Shown: piece by piece, positions 18,483 to 26,469 of the stretch | Position numbering within the stretch: position 1 is the stretch's first letter | Layout: each line of letters opens with the position of its first letter | DNA from: Cytophagia bacterium | GTDB lineage: Bacteria; Bacteroidota; Bacteroidia; Cytophagales; Microscillaceae | DNA: 64,000 nucleotides | Reading direction: 5' to 3' | Assembly: GCA_004294005.1 (NCBI GenBank) | Contig: RDZP01000002.1 | Coordinates: 2,272-66,271, forward strand | Notes under the pieces: generated by a model | What the model was told of the DNA's origin: nothing | What the model saw: only the letters and a program-made list of their open reading frames with translations | Databases searched by the model: none | Position numbers and translations under genes: made by a program

Positions 18483-18754
18483 AATAGTTTGTGTTAAAGA
18501 AGTAATCAAAATTATTTTTTAATTATTCATTACCTTCAATTTATCTTTGAGATAATTGAACGAAAAATTTTGAAAGCAAATTGTAGTTATGATAAAGTAT
18601 ATTTATCTAATTCATTTTGGGCAATTATATCTAAAATACCTATCTTAGTGTCAAAATAAATCATTGTTTGTGTTTTATTTTGTCCTAAAAGAATAGAAAA
18701 ATGAGTTAAAAATAAGATAATAAGAATACTAAAACGCATCATATTATAATTACA

Positions 18755-20971
18755 TTAGACTGTAAAAAATGATTTTCTTTGTTCTGCTGTATCCAACATT
18801 TTCCAAAATACAATTGGAATATTAACTAAAATATCATAAGGAATTTGCCAGACTTCACAATCTTCTATGAAGGTAATTGAGAAAGGAGTTTTGAAACCTA
18901 CCAGATTTTTTTCACCTCCAAAAAAATCACCTTTTTTAAGTGTTTCAATTTTTTCAGCACCATTCACAAAAGAAGATAATTTAATATTGCCTTTGTTAAT
19001 CAAATATAAATCCGCCAAATCAGTATTTACCCAAATTGTTTTTGAATGAACTTGATGCAATTTCATGTGTTGTGAAATTTTGAGCGAAACAGGCAGAGAA
19101 ATATTCTCTTGAAAAAGATAAGTGGTATTTAGAAACAAAATATTAGCTTCTAATTGGTCATAAGGTTTTGCTAAACCATATTTATTAATAAAATTCAGAT
19201 AAAACTCAACAGGAATTTGAATAGTGGTAACATGGCAAGTAGAACGACAAGTTGAAGTTGCCATTGTATCATCATCATCAATATAAAAACCAACCAATGA
19301 GCCTGCTGAAAGCGTATTTTCAATGTCTTTTTCTGTATAGATTAATTCGACTAAACCTGTCAAAATCATATATACATATTTAAACCTTGTATTTTTTCTA
19401 AATAAAGTTTCACCAGCGTTCAATGTCAGAATTGGAAAATTCAACAAAGATTGCAAAGCATACTCAGGTACTTGGGGAAAATAAAACTTAAAATATTGAT
19501 AAGCCGCCAAACGAGCGAAATCTTGGTGCGTTTCTATCAATACATCAATACTTCCAAAAGGAGCATTTGCACCAATTTGTTGTTCTTCATTTGATAATTG
19601 ACGTGAAAAATGTGCCAACATAATTTTTGGCGTTTTATCATCAGCAAAATCTTGTGCCTCTCCATGAATTAAACCTCCACCAATATCAATTTTTTTGACA
19701 TCAGTTTCGATTAAATAATCATCTTTTACCTTTTTTAATTGTGCATCAAAATTTTGTGTTTCAGTATTTTTAAAAATATTTCCTTCTAATACTCTAAAAG
19801 AAGCAATATCCGCTAAGTGTGCATAAGATTGATAATTATCATTCCAAAAAGCACGAAAATAAAAAATATTAGTTTCAACAGGGTGCGGAGAAAGCACAGG
19901 TTTTACTTCCAAGCCTTCTATATTATTCCAAGTATCTAATTCCAAATCACAAACATCAAAAAAACTATGAAACCAAGATTCATCTAAACTCATCAAAGCA
20001 CACAATTTTTTTGCTACTGATGCACGTACAGGAGCAGAAGCAAAATATTTAATTTTATGGTCTGAACGAATAAACGTTGTCAAACCTGCAAAATGGTCAT
20101 CATGAGCATGTGTATTAAAAATACCATCTACTTCATTGATACTTACGCCCAATGCTTTCAAAGTATTGTATAAATCGGGGCCTGCATCAACTAAATAAAC
20201 TTTGCCTTGAAAAATAACAACACTTGCCATACAAGGTCTATTTACGTCCCACGCATCACCTTCGCCTGTATGTACTACTGAAAAATAATCTCTATTTAAT
20301 TTATGATAATTCAAATAATAAGGAGGGTCATAAATTTCTTTTGGTCTTAAAGACAAACTAACTTTCGCTGTTTCGCCTTCATAACTAAATAAAAATGTAT
20401 TATGGTCTGTTCTTTCTATGGTAACGCCATTTTTAATGACTATACTTTTATCTAATTCATTGATTGGTAGTTGTACTACTAAGTTATCAGGGGTTTTGAT
20501 TTGACCAAAAGCAAATTTGAGTTTGATATGCATCAAATAATCTGCAACTTCTTCTGAAACACCTGTTGCTAAAATTTCTTCTTTGCTGATTAATCCATAA
20601 TTTCCACGATAAAAATACTCCATTTGGGCTTTTATTTGGTTAGAAGTACCAATTAAAATAGGTTTCTCACCTGTATTACCTGGGTGATTAGGAATGAGCA
20701 TACCTTGTGAATAAAACATCTGAAGCAATGGAAATTCTGCTAAATTAGACATATAACCATTTTGTATCAGTGTATCTGATAATAAAATAGCATTTGGTCC
20801 AGTTTCATAAGTTACTCCATTTTTTTCAATAATGTCGATTAATCCACGTTTTTTTAAGTGCTTTACTGTATCCGAAGGACACGCACATAAAATACGTAGA
20901 TTAGCATCAGGAATTTGTACCCAATAAACACCTGAGATGACTCTAATTATTTCTATTTTATTTTTACTCAC
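18755..20971 (-). CDS. MBL-fold metallohydrolase with C-terminal tandem cNMP-binding-like domains
   Basis: 738 aa with a GTG start. The metallo-beta-lactamase signature VYLVDAGP...NTHAHDDHFAG lies at about aa 260-297. The C-terminal ~240 aa contain two CAP-effector-type beta-roll patterns (LNAGETLFRKN...LTGLVELIY...GSLVG and ...NKGNIKL...LKKGDFFGGEKNL). The N-terminal ~230 aa are unassigned. Confidence 0.6.
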   Translation of the reverse strand: MSKNKIEIIRVISGVYWVQIPDANLRILCACPSDTVKHLKKRGLIDIIEKNGVTYETGPNAILLSDTLIQNGYMSNLAEFPLLQMFYSQGMLIPNHPGNTGEKPILIGTSNQIKAQMEYFYRGNYGLISKEEILATGVSEEVADYLMHIKLKFAFGQIKTPDNLVVQLPINELDKSIVIKNGVTIERTDHNTFLFSYEGETAKVSLSLRPKEIYDPPYYLNYHKLNRDYFSVVHTGEGDAWDVNRPCMASVVIFQGKVYLVDAGPDLYNTLKALGVSINEVDGIFNTHAHDDHFAGLTTFIRSDHKIKYFASAPVRASVAKKLCALMSLDESWFHSFFDVCDLELDTWNNIEGLEVKPVLSPHPVETNIFYFRAFWNDNYQSYAHLADIASFRVLEGNIFKNTETQNFDAQLKKVKDDYLIETDVKKIDIGGGLIHGEAQDFADDKTPKIMLAHFSRQLSNEEQQIGANAPFGSIDVLIETHQDFARLAAYQYFKFYFPQVPEYALQSLLNFPILTLNAGETLFRKNTRFKYVYMILTGLVELIYTEKDIENTLSAGSLVGFYIDDDDTMATSTCRSTCHVTTIQIPVEFYLNFINKYGLAKPYDQLEANILFLNTTYLFQENISLPVSLKISQHMKLHQVHSKTIWVNTDLADLYLINKGNIKLSSFVNGAEKIETLKKGDFFGGEKNLVGFKTPFSITFIEDCEVWQIPYDILVNIPIVFWKMLDTAEQRKSFFTV

Positions 20972-21171
20972 CGTATTTTTTGTCGGTTTTTATATTTATA
21001 TTAATTATTTAAAAGAAAAAATCTTTTCAATAAACAAAGACGAATTTTGTGCCTAATTTTCTATTTTATCGATTTTAGACTGCAATTTACTAATAAAATT
21101 TAGAATTAAAAATTTTTTACATTTTTTTTTTACATTTTTTTATGAGATACTATTTTTTATAAAATACTATT

Positions 21172-22050
21172 TTAAAACTCACCAAAAAATTGTAATATAT
21201 TTTCTACTTCTTTGTTCCAATATTTATAGTCATGTCCGCCATCTATCAAGTTTAATTTTACTTTTAGTTTTGGTTGATTTTTTTTCAAAGCTTCATAAAA
21301 AAGTTGTGTTTGATTGATAGGAACAATATTATCTTGCTTGCTATGTCCTAAATAAATGGGCGTTTTAAAATTTTTTGCTTGTTGTAAAGGATTATCCTCT
21401 CCTAACCAACGATTTTTAAATTTTTGATAACTTCCATAATAACCAATCATTAGTCTATCATTTGGTAACAAACTTTGGTCAAAATCTCCTGAAAGGGAAG
21501 CACAGGCTGTCCAAATTTCTGGTAATGCCAAACTTAATAAAGCCACGCCTCTGCCGCCTGTAGAAAGTCCAACAATAAAACTTTTCTCCTTTTTTATAAA
21601 AATTTTTCTTTCTTTTTGTAAATAAGGAATGAGTTGTTCAACTACCCATTTTTTATTAGGAAATTTTTTCCAGTCCACCAAAGTTTCAGCATAAAAATCA
21701 GCACTATAAATACTTCTTCCCATTTCAGGTAAAATCAAACGATAACCTTTTGCTAATGCTTTTTTGCAAAGGTCTGAATTTTTGCACCAGTCTGTACGCG
21801 GAAAATCCCAACCGGGTAGTACTAAAATATTCCCAATGATTTCATTATCAGGATTTTGAATATCTACTTTATGTCCCTCAATTTCTAAGGTTTCAAAGGG
21901 AATGTTTTTTATTTTTTTGGTTATTTCTTGCTCTGTATTTTTTTTGTCTTTTTTGAGTTCTCTCAAAATTTCTTTTGGCGGTGAGTTTTGAGCGTTACAA
22001 CTTGTTGTGATGTAGGCAAATACTAACATCAATATTATTATTTTTTGCAT
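21172..22050 (-). CDS. secreted alpha/beta hydrolase (esterase family)
   Basis: Signal peptide with Cys (TTSC), nucleophile elbow GLSTGG, a late GHSKQD and a C-terminal GGHDY, consistent with a Ser-Asp-His triad. Confidence 0.6.
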   Translation of the reverse strand: MQKIIILMLVFAYITTSCNAQNSPPKEILRELKKDKKNTEQEITKKIKNIPFETLEIEGHKVDIQNPDNEIIGNILVLPGWDFPRTDWCKNSDLCKKALAKGYRLILPEMGRSIYSADFYAETLVDWKKFPNKKWVVEQLIPYLQKERKIFIKKEKSFIVGLSTGGRGVALLSLALPEIWTACASLSGDFDQSLLPNDRLMIGYYGSYQKFKNRWLGEDNPLQQAKNFKTPIYLGHSKQDNIVPINQTQLFYEALKKNQPKLKVKLNLIDGGHDYKYWNKEVENILQFFGEF

Positions 22051-22115
22051 TGAAATATATTATTAAAATTATTGGGTTCTTCTAACATTTATACGGGTAA
22101 AATTTTATAAAAACA

Positions 22116-22157
22116 AAAAATCTATTTAAATCCGTAAAATCAGTGTTATCTGTGTGC
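22116..22157. repeat. dispersed intergenic repeat (reverse-oriented copy of the 6388-6430 unit)
   Basis: The reverse complement GCACACAGATAACACTGATTTTACGGATTTAAATAGATTTTT aligns with 6388-6430. Confidence 0.7.
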
Positions 22158-22226
22158 TTTTTTGCAAATACAAAACTACACAATGTTTTTAATTGGTAAT
22201 TATATTTTTATTTAATTTTCTATTCT

Positions 22227-23123
22227 TTATAGATTATTACCTAAAAAAGAGAGTTCCATTTTTAATTGTCGATACTCACCCATATTGACTTGGTATTGTT
22301 TCAAATATTCATATTCTTCCTCAAAGTCATCTAAAAATTCTTCTTTTTCTTCAAACATTTTCATGCTTTTTTGGTAATAAATTTTTGCTTTTTCATCTTC
22401 TCCTAAACAAAAATAAACATGTCCTAAGTGCATTAAATCATGATTTTCTGGTGCGTTTTCTGCTGCTTTTTCTAAATATGATTTTCCTTTTTCAATATCA
22501 CCTATTCTAAAATATGCCCAACCCAAAGGACCGAGATTCCATACTTCTTGTGGAGAGATTTGTCTAACTTTCAAAAAACACTCTATTGCTTCTTCTAATT
22601 GATTATTTTGTGCATAACAATAACCCATACTATCAATAATATAAGTATTTTGTGGTGTAAGTGAGTTAGCAATTTTATAATATTTTAATGCTTTTTCATA
22701 ATCATACAATTCTTGGGCACAAAAGCCTGCATTCTGAAAAATCCAAGCATCTTTAGGGTTAAGTTGATGTAGTACTTCGTAATAAGTCAAAGCATTTCTA
22801 AATTCATCTATTTGTTGATAACAATAAGCAAGATGTCCCAAATTCCAAGTATCATTTTCGTCAATTGTGTATGTTTTTTGATGAAAACTCAATGCAGTAT
22901 AATAATCATCTTCTTGTTGATAACAAAAACCCATATTTCCCAAGTTCCAAGTATCCAATGGTTGTAAAATTGCTACTTTTTCATGGTATTCTAAGGCGTT
23001 TTTGAATTGTCCTAATTGTTGATAATAATAAGCAACCTGTTTCAAAGGATAAGCATTTTCAGGCTCATCTTTTGAAAGTTCGAGATAATAATTAAGTTGC
23101 TCTTGGTTTGTCTTTTTTTCCAT
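22227..23123 (-). CDS. tetratricopeptide repeat protein
   Basis: 298 aa. It has about 7 tandem 34-40 aa repeats with a recurring W(N/I)LG..G.CYQQ...Y..AL.Y pattern. Confidence 0.8.
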   Translation of the reverse strand: MEKKTNQEQLNYYLELSKDEPENAYPLKQVAYYYQQLGQFKNALEYHEKVAILQPLDTWNLGNMGFCYQQEDDYYTALSFHQKTYTIDENDTWNLGHLAYCYQQIDEFRNALTYYEVLHQLNPKDAWIFQNAGFCAQELYDYEKALKYYKIANSLTPQNTYIIDSMGYCYAQNNQLEEAIECFLKVRQISPQEVWNLGPLGWAYFRIGDIEKGKSYLEKAAENAPENHDLMHLGHVYFCLGEDEKAKIYYQKSMKMFEEKEEFLDDFEEEYEYLKQYQVNMGEYRQLKMELSFLGNNL

Positions 23124-23180
23124 TATTTTCTATCCCTTACTTTATTTTTTTGTGCAAATATATAAAAAAAAATATCATTT

Positions 23181-23954
23181 TCAAAACACTTTCGTTTTTC
23201 CAACCCATTGTTGAATGATATTTTCATTGTCTAATACACTGCCAATCATATAAAAATTAGATAATTTTAAAGTGGGAGAATCTTCTGCTTCTTCGTTAAG
23301 TACGCCTGCGTGTTTGGGTTTGCGCGAATGAATAAATCTTATTTTATTTTGTTTTTTGATAATAAATCCGATATGCCAATCCATTCCCAAGATATAAATA
23401 CCATCTTTTTGTTGTTGTAAATATTGAAATAATCGCTGAAAATTATTTTTTCTAACAATATGAATACTTTCTCTTTTGCATAAAGTTTGAATCACTGCAC
23501 CTGCTGTTTCTCTGCCCAATGCATATCTATCCATATCTATTCCTGCATGTGCCAAAACCGTAGAAATAAAATAGCCACAAGCAATTGTTCCATCTCTTGG
23601 ATTTTCAGTTGTGCCATTAAAGTCCCACTTTGTATCATACCAAAAAGGTAAAATATTATCAGCAATACTTTTAAAAAGATAATATTTTGCGTTTTTTAGA
23701 ATTTCTTTTTTTTCATTAGAATCTTTTGCAACAGCATATTTTTCTTGGAATCTATTTTTCTTTGTCAATATATTTCCCTTCAATGTATTGTATTTTTTCA
23801 AATGTGAACGCAAATCAAATACTTTGTAATTAGATTGGATTGTAAAAAAAGCATACTCAGGTACTTTTGGTAAATCAATTCTAACCATAAATGAAATGCC
23901 TAACAAAAGCGAAACAATCAAAGAAGTTAATAATAGGAAATGATAACGTTTCAT
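23181..23954 (-). CDS. membrane-anchored hypothetical protein (possible papain-like/NlpC-type Cys-His fold)
   Basis: An N-terminal TM anchor. The candidate nucleophile context is GTIACGYFISTVL, with downstream DWHIGFII and RFIHS histidines. The fold assignment is speculative. Confidence 0.4.
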   Translation of the reverse strand: MKRYHFLLLTSLIVSLLLGISFMVRIDLPKVPEYAFFTIQSNYKVFDLRSHLKKYNTLKGNILTKKNRFQEKYAVAKDSNEKKEILKNAKYYLFKSIADNILPFWYDTKWDFNGTTENPRDGTIACGYFISTVLAHAGIDMDRYALGRETAGAVIQTLCKRESIHIVRKNNFQRLFQYLQQQKDGIYILGMDWHIGFIIKKQNKIRFIHSRKPKHAGVLNEEAEDSPTLKLSNFYMIGSVLDNENIIQQWVGKTKVF

Positions 23955-24075
23955 GTTCTATTTTCAAATTATTTTATAAAAATCATATCAATTGAATACA
24001 ATTTTGGTGCAATATTAAGAAATTTTTGTGAATTTTAAGAATTTTATATAATTTAGCACAAATTTTTAAATCAAT

Positions 24076-25278
24076 ATGGCTCATTCTTCTCAAAATATAC
24101 TTAAAAAAATACTCCAACCTCGCCGTAATTGGTTACAAGTTTTATTGGCAGCCATTGGTTTTGGACTGGGTATTGTTTTTTTATTATTATCTTTACAACT
24201 TTATTTATCGATTATTGCGTTCTTCAGCCCACATCAAAAAACTAAAAATAGTTATGTTGTATTGAGTAAACCTATTGATATGTTGAACAGCATTTTGGGT
24301 AGTAATGATAATAATGGTTTCTCAAAAAGCGAATTAAATGAACTAAAATCGCAAAAATTTGTCGAAAATTTAGATGTTTTTACGCCTAATCAATTTGGAG
24401 TAACGGCTTACATCGAAAGTTTAGGTTTTTATACTGAAATGTTTTTTGAGGCACTGCCTGATGCGTTTTTAGATGATGTACCTACTGAATTTCGCTGGAA
24501 TGAAGGTGATGAAATTATTCCTATTATTCTCTCAAAAGATATGTTGGATTTGTATAACTTTGGATTTGCAATGGGAAAAAATGGACAATTACCACAAATA
24601 ACGCCTGCTACCGTAGGTTTGGTAACTTTGGGCATTAAATTAACAGGAGCAAAAAATGAAAAAAAAATGAAAGCAAGAATTGTTGGTTTTTCAGAAAGAT
24701 ATGCAACCATTTTAGTTCCACAAAATTTTATGAAATGGGCAAATCAATTTTTGAGCGATAGCAAACCAAAAAAACCTTCTCGAGTTGTTCTCAAATTAAA
24801 CAATGCCAATGCTCCTGAAGTTGCTCAATACATTGAAAAAAATAAATATCAAATCAATAAAGATAGATTATTAGCAAGTCAGACAGCAGACATTGTCTTA
24901 AAAGTAATGTCAGCAGTAGCAATTTTGGGTAGTTTTTTTGTTGTATTGGCATTAGTTGTTTTTTTGATGTCGATGCGTTTGATATTGGCAGAGGCAAAAA
25001 ATGAGATTCAATTATTATTAGAAATAGGTTATTCTCCTACAAAATTATTTCGTTTTTTAATACAATACTTTGGTCTGAATGTATTGATTGTAGTGATATT
25101 GAGTACGATTGGCGTTTATTTCGCCTATATATTTATTCAAAATTATTTGGAAAATACAGGTTTAAATTTACATAAAAATTTGAAAGTAGAAGTATTAATA
25201 GCTGCTTTTTTGTTGTGTATTGCTACATTATCATTACAGGCTTTTTGGCTTCAAAGATGGATTAATAAAACAACTTAA
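24076..25278 (+). CDS. ABC transporter permease, FtsX/MacB-like
   Basis: An N-terminal TM helix, a large periplasmic domain, and a C-terminal FtsX-type 3-TM bundle (ILGSFFVVLALVVFLMSMRLILAEAKNEIQLLLEIGY). Confidence 0.7.
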   Translation: MAHSSQNILKKILQPRRNWLQVLLAAIGFGLGIVFLLLSLQLYLSIIAFFSPHQKTKNSYVVLSKPIDMLNSILGSNDNNGFSKSELNELKSQKFVENLDVFTPNQFGVTAYIESLGFYTEMFFEALPDAFLDDVPTEFRWNEGDEIIPIILSKDMLDLYNFGFAMGKNGQLPQITPATVGLVTLGIKLTGAKNEKKMKARIVGFSERYATILVPQNFMKWANQFLSDSKPKKPSRVVLKLNNANAPEVAQYIEKNKYQINKDRLLASQTADIVLKVMSAVAILGSFFVVLALVVFLMSMRLILAEAKNEIQLLLEIGYSPTKLFRFLIQYFGLNVLIVVILSTIGVYFAYIFIQNYLENTGLNLHKNLKVEVLIAAFLLCIATLSLQAFWLQRWINKTT

Positions 25279-25328
25279 AACAAAAGTTGAATGGAGTCTA
25301 TATTTTAAAAAATAAAGAAAATATTTTT

Positions 25329-25442
25329 GGGCGATTACGGGCTATCGTGCAAAGCACAGAGCCAAAAAAGAGAAAAAAAACTCGCAAAAGCCTCGTTTTT
25401 TTCTCTTTTTGTCTCTGCAATACTGCGTCTATCCCTATCGCG
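25329..25442. repeat. ~115-bp imperfect palindrome in a convergent intergenic gap
   Basis: The left arm GGCGATTACGGGCTATCGTGCAAAGCACAGAGCCAAAAAAGAGAAAAAAAACTCG pairs imperfectly (about 70%, with a near-perfect inner GAG(C/A)CAAAAAGAGAAAAAAA part) with the right arm CTCGTTTTTTTCTCTTTTTGTCTCTGCAATACTGCGTCTATCCCTATCGCG. Confidence 0.6.
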
Positions 25443-25505
25443 AAATACAAAAAAACTTTGCACACCAAAAATTACCAAAAAATAAAATTACTTTAATAAA
25501 AAAAA

Positions 25506-26345
25506 TCAATAATCACCCAATGTTTCAGGTAATTGTGCTAATGCGTTGGCTAATTGCTCATTATTAGGCGCTATTCCGTGCCAATGATGACTTCCCATCA
25601 TAAAATCAACGCCAAAACCCATTTCCGTTTTCATCAGAAGTAAAATTGGTTGTCCTTTTCCTGTCAATTTTTTTGCTAAATCCAATGTTTCTATTACTTT
25701 TTCCATATCATTTCCTTGCATTTCCAAAACTTGCCAACCAAATGCTTTCCATTTTGCTCCTAAGTCCAACAAAGACATTACTTGTTGTGTGCTTCCGTCT
25801 ATTTGTTGTCCATTGACATCAATGGTTGCTATCAAGTTATCAACTTTATGATGTGCAGCATACATTGCCGCTTCCCAAACTTGCCCTTCTTGTTGTTCAC
25901 CATCACCCATCAAAACATACACTAACTTATCATCTTGATTCATTTTCTTTGCTTGTGCTGCTCCAATGGCTACTGAAAGTCCTTGTCCTAATGAACCAGA
26001 TGCAATTCTGATACCATCTAAATGTTCGTGAGTGGTTGGATGTCCTTGCAATCTTGAATTGATTTTACGGAAAGTAGCCAATTCAGAAGGTTCAAAAAAA
26101 CCTGCGCGGCTTAATGTACTGTACCAAACAGGCGAAATGTGTCCATTAGATAAAAAAAACAAATCTTCGTTATCACCACTCATTTTGAATGGTAATTGAT
26201 AATCTAAAGTATGAAAATAAAGTGCCGTCAAATAATCTGCACATCCTAAAGAACCGCCTGGATGTCCTGATTGACAACCGTGTACCATTCTTACTATATC
26301 CCTACGAATTTGTGTAGCGGTATTTTTTAATTGTAAAGTATCCAT
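25506..26345 (-). CDS. transketolase, N-terminal (TPP-binding) subunit
   Basis: SGHPGGSLG, GHISP, GSLGQGLSVAIG and the GDGEQQEGQVWEA TPP-binding motif. The start is taken at ATG 26345 (MDTLQLKN), because a strong terminator hairpin at 26389-26430 lies upstream of it and only 8 nt from the track's extended start at 26396. Confidence 0.85.
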   Translation of the reverse strand: MDTLQLKNTATQIRRDIVRMVHGCQSGHPGGSLGCADYLTALYFHTLDYQLPFKMSGDNEDLFFLSNGHISPVWYSTLSRAGFFEPSELATFRKINSRLQGHPTTHEHLDGIRIASGSLGQGLSVAIGAAQAKKMNQDDKLVYVLMGDGEQQEGQVWEAAMYAAHHKVDNLIATIDVNGQQIDGSTQQVMSLLDLGAKWKAFGWQVLEMQGNDMEKVIETLDLAKKLTGKGQPILLLMKTEMGFGVDFMMGSHHWHGIAPNNEQLANALAQLPETLGDY

Positions 26346-26388
26346 ATAAATAATAACTATTTTTCTTTTTTGTTGAATAAATAAAAAT

Positions 26389-26430
26389 AAAAGCACTCAA
26401 AAAAATTACTAATTATTTTTGAGTGCTTTT
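26389..26430 (-). terminator. Rho-independent terminator downstream of the POT transporter gene
   Basis: Perfect 15-bp stem AAAAGCACTCAAAAA (26389-26403) / TTTTTGAGTGCTTTT (26416-26430) with a 12-nt loop and T-rich flanks. Confidence 0.7.
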
Positions 26431-26469
26431 GAATATTTTAATATGTAAATTTTATTGAAAGGTAACAAA

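Noticed and set aside
16382-24075. A prophage, ICE or genomic island interpretation of the R-M-containing block.
   Set aside because: There are no integrase, recombinase, transposase, phage structural or conjugation genes, and no att-like repeats. Only the R-M pair is clearly accessory.
15728-25278. The idea that the stand-alone ABC ATPase (15728-16381) and the FtsX-like permease (24076-25278) are one transporter split by insertion of a 7.7-kb island (R-M, MBL-cNMP, esterase, TPR, 257-aa protein).
   Set aside because: The two genes are divergently oriented and the ATPase is tightly linked to guaA. I saw no flanking direct repeats, tRNA, integrase or compositional jump. The idea is attractive but the sequence does not support it.
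25287-25496. A 69-aa ORF in the FtsX / transketolase gap.
   Set aside because: It is laid directly across the ~115-bp imperfect palindrome. The translation is Lys/Arg-rich with no features, so it is more likely an artefact of the repeat.
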